A stretch of DNA of 64,000 nt, taken from positions 38,883 through 102,882 of the IMG/VR virus record IMGVR_UViG_3300013947_000026, one strand, 5' to 3'. The DNA comes from a virus (lineage: Duplodnaviria > Caudoviricetes). Made by a program: the position numbers and the translations under genes. The notes below the pieces were generated by a model that ran no database searches, was not told the origin of the DNA, and saw nothing but the letters and a program-made list of their open reading frames with translations. This document shows positions 59,818 to 64,000 of the stretch, piece after piece. The first letter of the stretch is position 1, and each line of letters begins with the position of its first letter.

Positions 59818-62800
59818 ATGGTAGATTTTAATTAGAAACTCCACAATACTGACAAGTTTAGATAGGCTGCTATCTTCTTTGAGGAACATGGATGTTATAC
59901 CCTAGCTCCCATGGGTACTACTGATTATAACAAATATTGGGAGCAAGAAACAGATAGATGCCTTAATGGTTACACTGCTCCAGACGGAGAAGGCATAACT
60001 GGCTTTAATTATTTCTATCTCAATTATAGTCCTATTATGGCTCTTAAAGAAACAGAATATACTGATAGAGAAGGTAATCTTAGAAAACGAAGAGAGCGTA
60101 TTCTTAAGTTCCCTAGTTTCTGGGATTATGACTACTATTATTTCTGCGCTATAGAACAAGCAGAAGTAGAAGGAAAGCACATGGCTGTTCTCAAGTGCAG
60201 ATAGCGCGGGTATAGTTTTAAGGGAGCATCAATGCTTGTGAGAAATTACATGCTTATTCCAGGTTCAAAGAACTTCGCTGTGGCTTCGGAATAGAAGTTT
60301 CTAATTGGTGACGGCTTGCTTACTAAAGCTTGGCAAATAATGGACTTTCTTGATAAACACACAGCGTGGGCTAAATAGAGGCTTGTATCAACCCGTATGG
60401 AAAGAGTATCTGGCTATAAGATAACTGATGAATTTGGTAAGCAAACAGAGCAAGGATATCTTTCTAGTATAGTTGGCATTACACTTAAGAATGACCCAGA
60501 ACGCATTCGTGGTACTCGTGGAAAGCTTGTACTATGGGAGGAAGGCGGTAAATTCCCTAGTCTTCTTGATGCGTGGCGTATTGAGTAGCCATCTGTAGAA
60601 ACCGACGATGGTGTAGCATTCGGAACAATGATAGCTTTTGGCTGTGTTTGTAAAGGTACAAAAGTTTGGACATCTACTGGTGATTGTATTAATATAGAAG
60701 ATATCAAAAAAGAACAAGGAATACTTGGTTGGGATACATATCAAGCCGTGCAATAGCATATTGATAACATTAATCCACCAGCGTAGAAGCCTTGTGTTAG
60801 AATAACGACAAACACTGGCAGAATATTAGAGTGCAGTACGGATCATCCATTACTTTGGTCTACTCCGGGAAAAACAAAAAGAGTTCCAGGAAAAAGAAAA
60901 GAAAATGAAGTTATGAAAGCCTGGTTATTCCATGATGCTGGAAAATGCAAGATAGGAGAATAGGTTGGAGTAATAGATAGTATTCCTTTCTTTGGTACAA
61001 AGAAAATGTGGGAACCTAGAGTTGTTGGATGGCTTATAGGCGATGGTAGCTATGGTTTTGATAAAACGCCAAGATTATCAAACTGTGATTTTGAGATTAA
61101 TGATTATATTGAAACGCATTTTGATACTGCTCCAGACAAACCTCAAAGAGAAACTAAAGATGGTAAGATATATAAAGAAACCAGGATAAAAGGCATTTGT
61201 AAAAATCTTAGAGAACTAGGAATATATGGTTAGACAAAGGCGGCAAAAAGATTACCGATAAACATTCATTAGTATGACGCCGAATCTTTATCTGAATTAA
61301 TTGGCGGGCTATTTGATACTGATGGGTATATTAGTGTAGATAAAACAGGAAGACCAAGAATAACTCTTACTCAATGTTAGGAAGAAATTCTTAGAGAAGT
61401 AGAGTCTGTATTACTTCATTTTGGAATTCACTGCAACATTAAATTTATAAAAACAAAATTTAGGGAGTATGAATGCGATGGAAAGATTATTAAAGATAGA
61501 GCTGGGCATTGGAGGTTAACAATTGCCGACATTAATAGTGTTGGCAACTTTGCAAAATACATAACATGTTTTGTTGGTTACAAACAGTCAGCTTTGGATT
61601 TAATGAATTTATATACCCAAGATTGGTTAGCTAAATATCATAAGTATGTTCTTGGTGTGCATGCTGAAAGAATCGTTAAAATTGAAGACATCGGCATGCA
61701 GGATATTTATAATCTTACAGCAAAAGAATAGCATAATTATATATGTAATGGCATTGTAACGCACAACACAGGTGGTACAGAAGGAGCGTCTTTCGATGGC
61801 TTGAAGGAATTATTTTATAAGCCAAAAGCTTATAATGTACTTAGCTTTCCAAATAAGTGGGACGATGGTAGAGAGAATACAGAATGCGGATTCTTTGTGC
61901 CAGCTTACTCAAACCTAGAATCATTTGGAGATGATGGTAAGCAGCTATATATGGATAGCGACGGTAATAGCTACAAAGAGAAGGCTATCGAGAACCTTCT
62001 TGAACAACGTAATAAGGTTAAAGAAGGAGGTGCAAGCCAGTAGTCTATAGATCGATTTATATCAGAGCGTCCTATTAGGCCAGCAGAAGCAGTATTGGAG
62101 CTTGGTAAAAACATATTCCCTAGAAAGCTTTTAATGGATCAATTGACTCGCATACGAACGAACAAAAAGCTTCAAAGTATGAAACACATAGTTGATCTAG
62201 AATGGGACGGAAATGGTCAAGTGAAAGCTATAGAAAAGCCTAGCGGAGATATAACTAATTACCCTTTAAAGAAAGGTGATAAGCCGCATGGTTCTGTTGT
62301 AATTTGGGAGTATCCTGTTAAAGACCCTCCTTTGGGTTTATATATCGGAGGATGCGATCCATACGATCACGATGATTCGTTTACAAACTCATTAGGTTCT
62401 ACGTTTATATTTAAACGAGTGCGAGCAGGAGAAGCTTGGAATGACGTAATAGTAGCAGAGTATTCTGGACGCCCTGATACGGCAGAAGAATACTATGAGA
62501 ATGTACGCAAATTACTTACTTTCTATAATGCTAGATTACTATTTGAGAATGAAAGAAAAGGCATCTACCCTTACTTTACGAATAAACACTGCGATTACCT
62601 CTTGGCTGATTAGCCGGATAAGATTATATCTGAGGTATTTAAAGATAGTAAGGTGTAGAGAAGAAAAGGATGCCATATGACTAAGTAGATCAGAGCGTAT
62701 GGCGAAGGGTTAATATTAGAGTGGCTACTGGATGAATATGAACCAGGTCACCCTAATGTAGAAAGAGTATACAGCGAAGCCTTAATAGAAGAACTTATAG

Positions 62801-63006
62801 CCAATGATGGAGTAAAGAACGTTGACCGCTTAATTGCTCTATGTATGGTTATGATATATAGAGAAGAATTATATTAGCTTAAGGTTTAGTCTGCTAAAGA
62901 ACAAAATAAATAGGTTGAACTCTTCGAGATGCCGTTATTTAGTAAACAATGGTTTGAGGAAGATAACAGCACAAGTGGAGACGGTATACCGATATTCACA
63001 TTTTAA
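59818..63006 (+). CDS. terL: Terminase large subunit, intein-containing (TAG=Gln)
   Basis: LKCR*RGYS, WEEGGK, AFG|TGG, GGCDPYD, LFENE, NVDRLIAL. Confidence 0.92.
60643..61767 (+). mobile_element. Intein (375 aa) with LAGLIDADG endonuclease
   Basis: Begins CVCKGTKV; block B CSTDHPLL; GWLIGDG and GGLFDTDG; ends GIVTHN followed by Thr. Confidence 0.93.
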
Positions 63007-63009
63007 TAC

Positions 63010-64000
63010 ATGGAAGATAATTTATACAATTCAGCTTTCCCTAGACAAAAGTTGCCACTTTCATAGAAAGGAAAGAAATGGCAATAGGATTGCGTTAACT
63101 ATATTATAGGTGAAGGTAACGTAACGTCTGGAGGAAACAGCACATCATACTACGGAGAGCTGTAGACCTATTATAATTTATATAACAGCATCTTCGACGA
63201 GAAGGATTTTAAATCAATTACAAACCCATTCAAGGTCGAGGATGGTTTTCCTGCTACTCCTCACGACTTTAATATTATTAGGCCTAAAGTAGATTTGCTT
63301 ATAGGCGAGGAGACAAAGAGACCTCTTAACTTTAGAGTTATTAGAACTTCTCAGGAGGCTACATCTGAAATGCAGGAGAAAGAAAAGTAGATGATTCTAC
63401 AATATATTGAAGCAGCTATCACAGCTAGAATGAGCCCAGAAGAGGCTCAGTAGTTCCAAGAATAGTTATAGTCTGGTGAGGTTATGCCACCAGAGGCCAT
63501 AGCTAAGTACATGGATAAGGATTACAAAGATATTATTGAAAATACAGCGTATCATACTCTTACATACCTTAGAGAGAAACTTGATCTTGATAATGAGTTC
63601 ATCAAGGGCTGGAAAGACGGATTGATCTCAGGTAGAGAAATTTACTATGTTGGCGTACTTAATGCAGAGCCATATGTCGAAAGAGTTAATCCTATATATT
63701 TCTCTTACGACAAGAGCCCAGACTTGGAGTTTATTGAGGATGGTTCATGGTGCTGCAGAAAGATGAGAATGCCAATCACTGAAGTATATGATAGATACTT
63801 TGATAAGCTTGAGGAGAAAGACCTTGACAAACTTGAAGAGTTAATTGGTTCTACTCCTGGTAGAAACCTTGGAGACAGAAGCCCTGTTGACATGGGTATT
63901 CAATTACGAATATATGATAATCCTATATTTGAAGGCGCTGGTAAGTCTTTGGTAAACGTTTGGCATTGTTGTTGGAAGTCTTTTAAGAAGATCTATTACG
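63010..64000 (+). CDS. Portal protein (3'-truncated, TAG=Gln)
   Basis: FPRQKLP...NIIRPKVDLLIGEETKRP; follows TerL as in crAss-like phages. Confidence 0.85.

Overview
This is 64 kb of a crAss-like (Crassvirales-type) Bacteroidetes phage genome that uses two genetic codes. The + strand virion/late genes are full of in-frame TAG codons that read as Gln: the giant virion RNA polymerase, a 1.8-kaa virion protein, tail-fibre-like proteins, a glycosyltransferase, terminase and portal. The supplied ORF track therefore fragments them. The - strand early/replication block (about 15-44 kb: PolB, DnaB, primase, nucleases, ECF sigma, many small ORFs) has no internal TAG, and several of its genes end on TAG. 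The window also encodes an amber-suppressor tRNA(CUA) with non-canonical D/T loops, a group I intron with a LAGLIDADG endonuclease inside the RNAP catalytic motif, an intein in TerL, and a diversity-generating retroelement (VR/TR/RT). The least expected signals are in non-coding DNA: a circularly permuted (two-piece) tmRNA-like gene with its own tag peptide, an ORF-free, apparently structured region of about 2.1 kb, a family of tRNA-like acceptor/T-arm modules, and several repeated motifs. All calls come from manual reading and translation; no database searches or folding computations were run.
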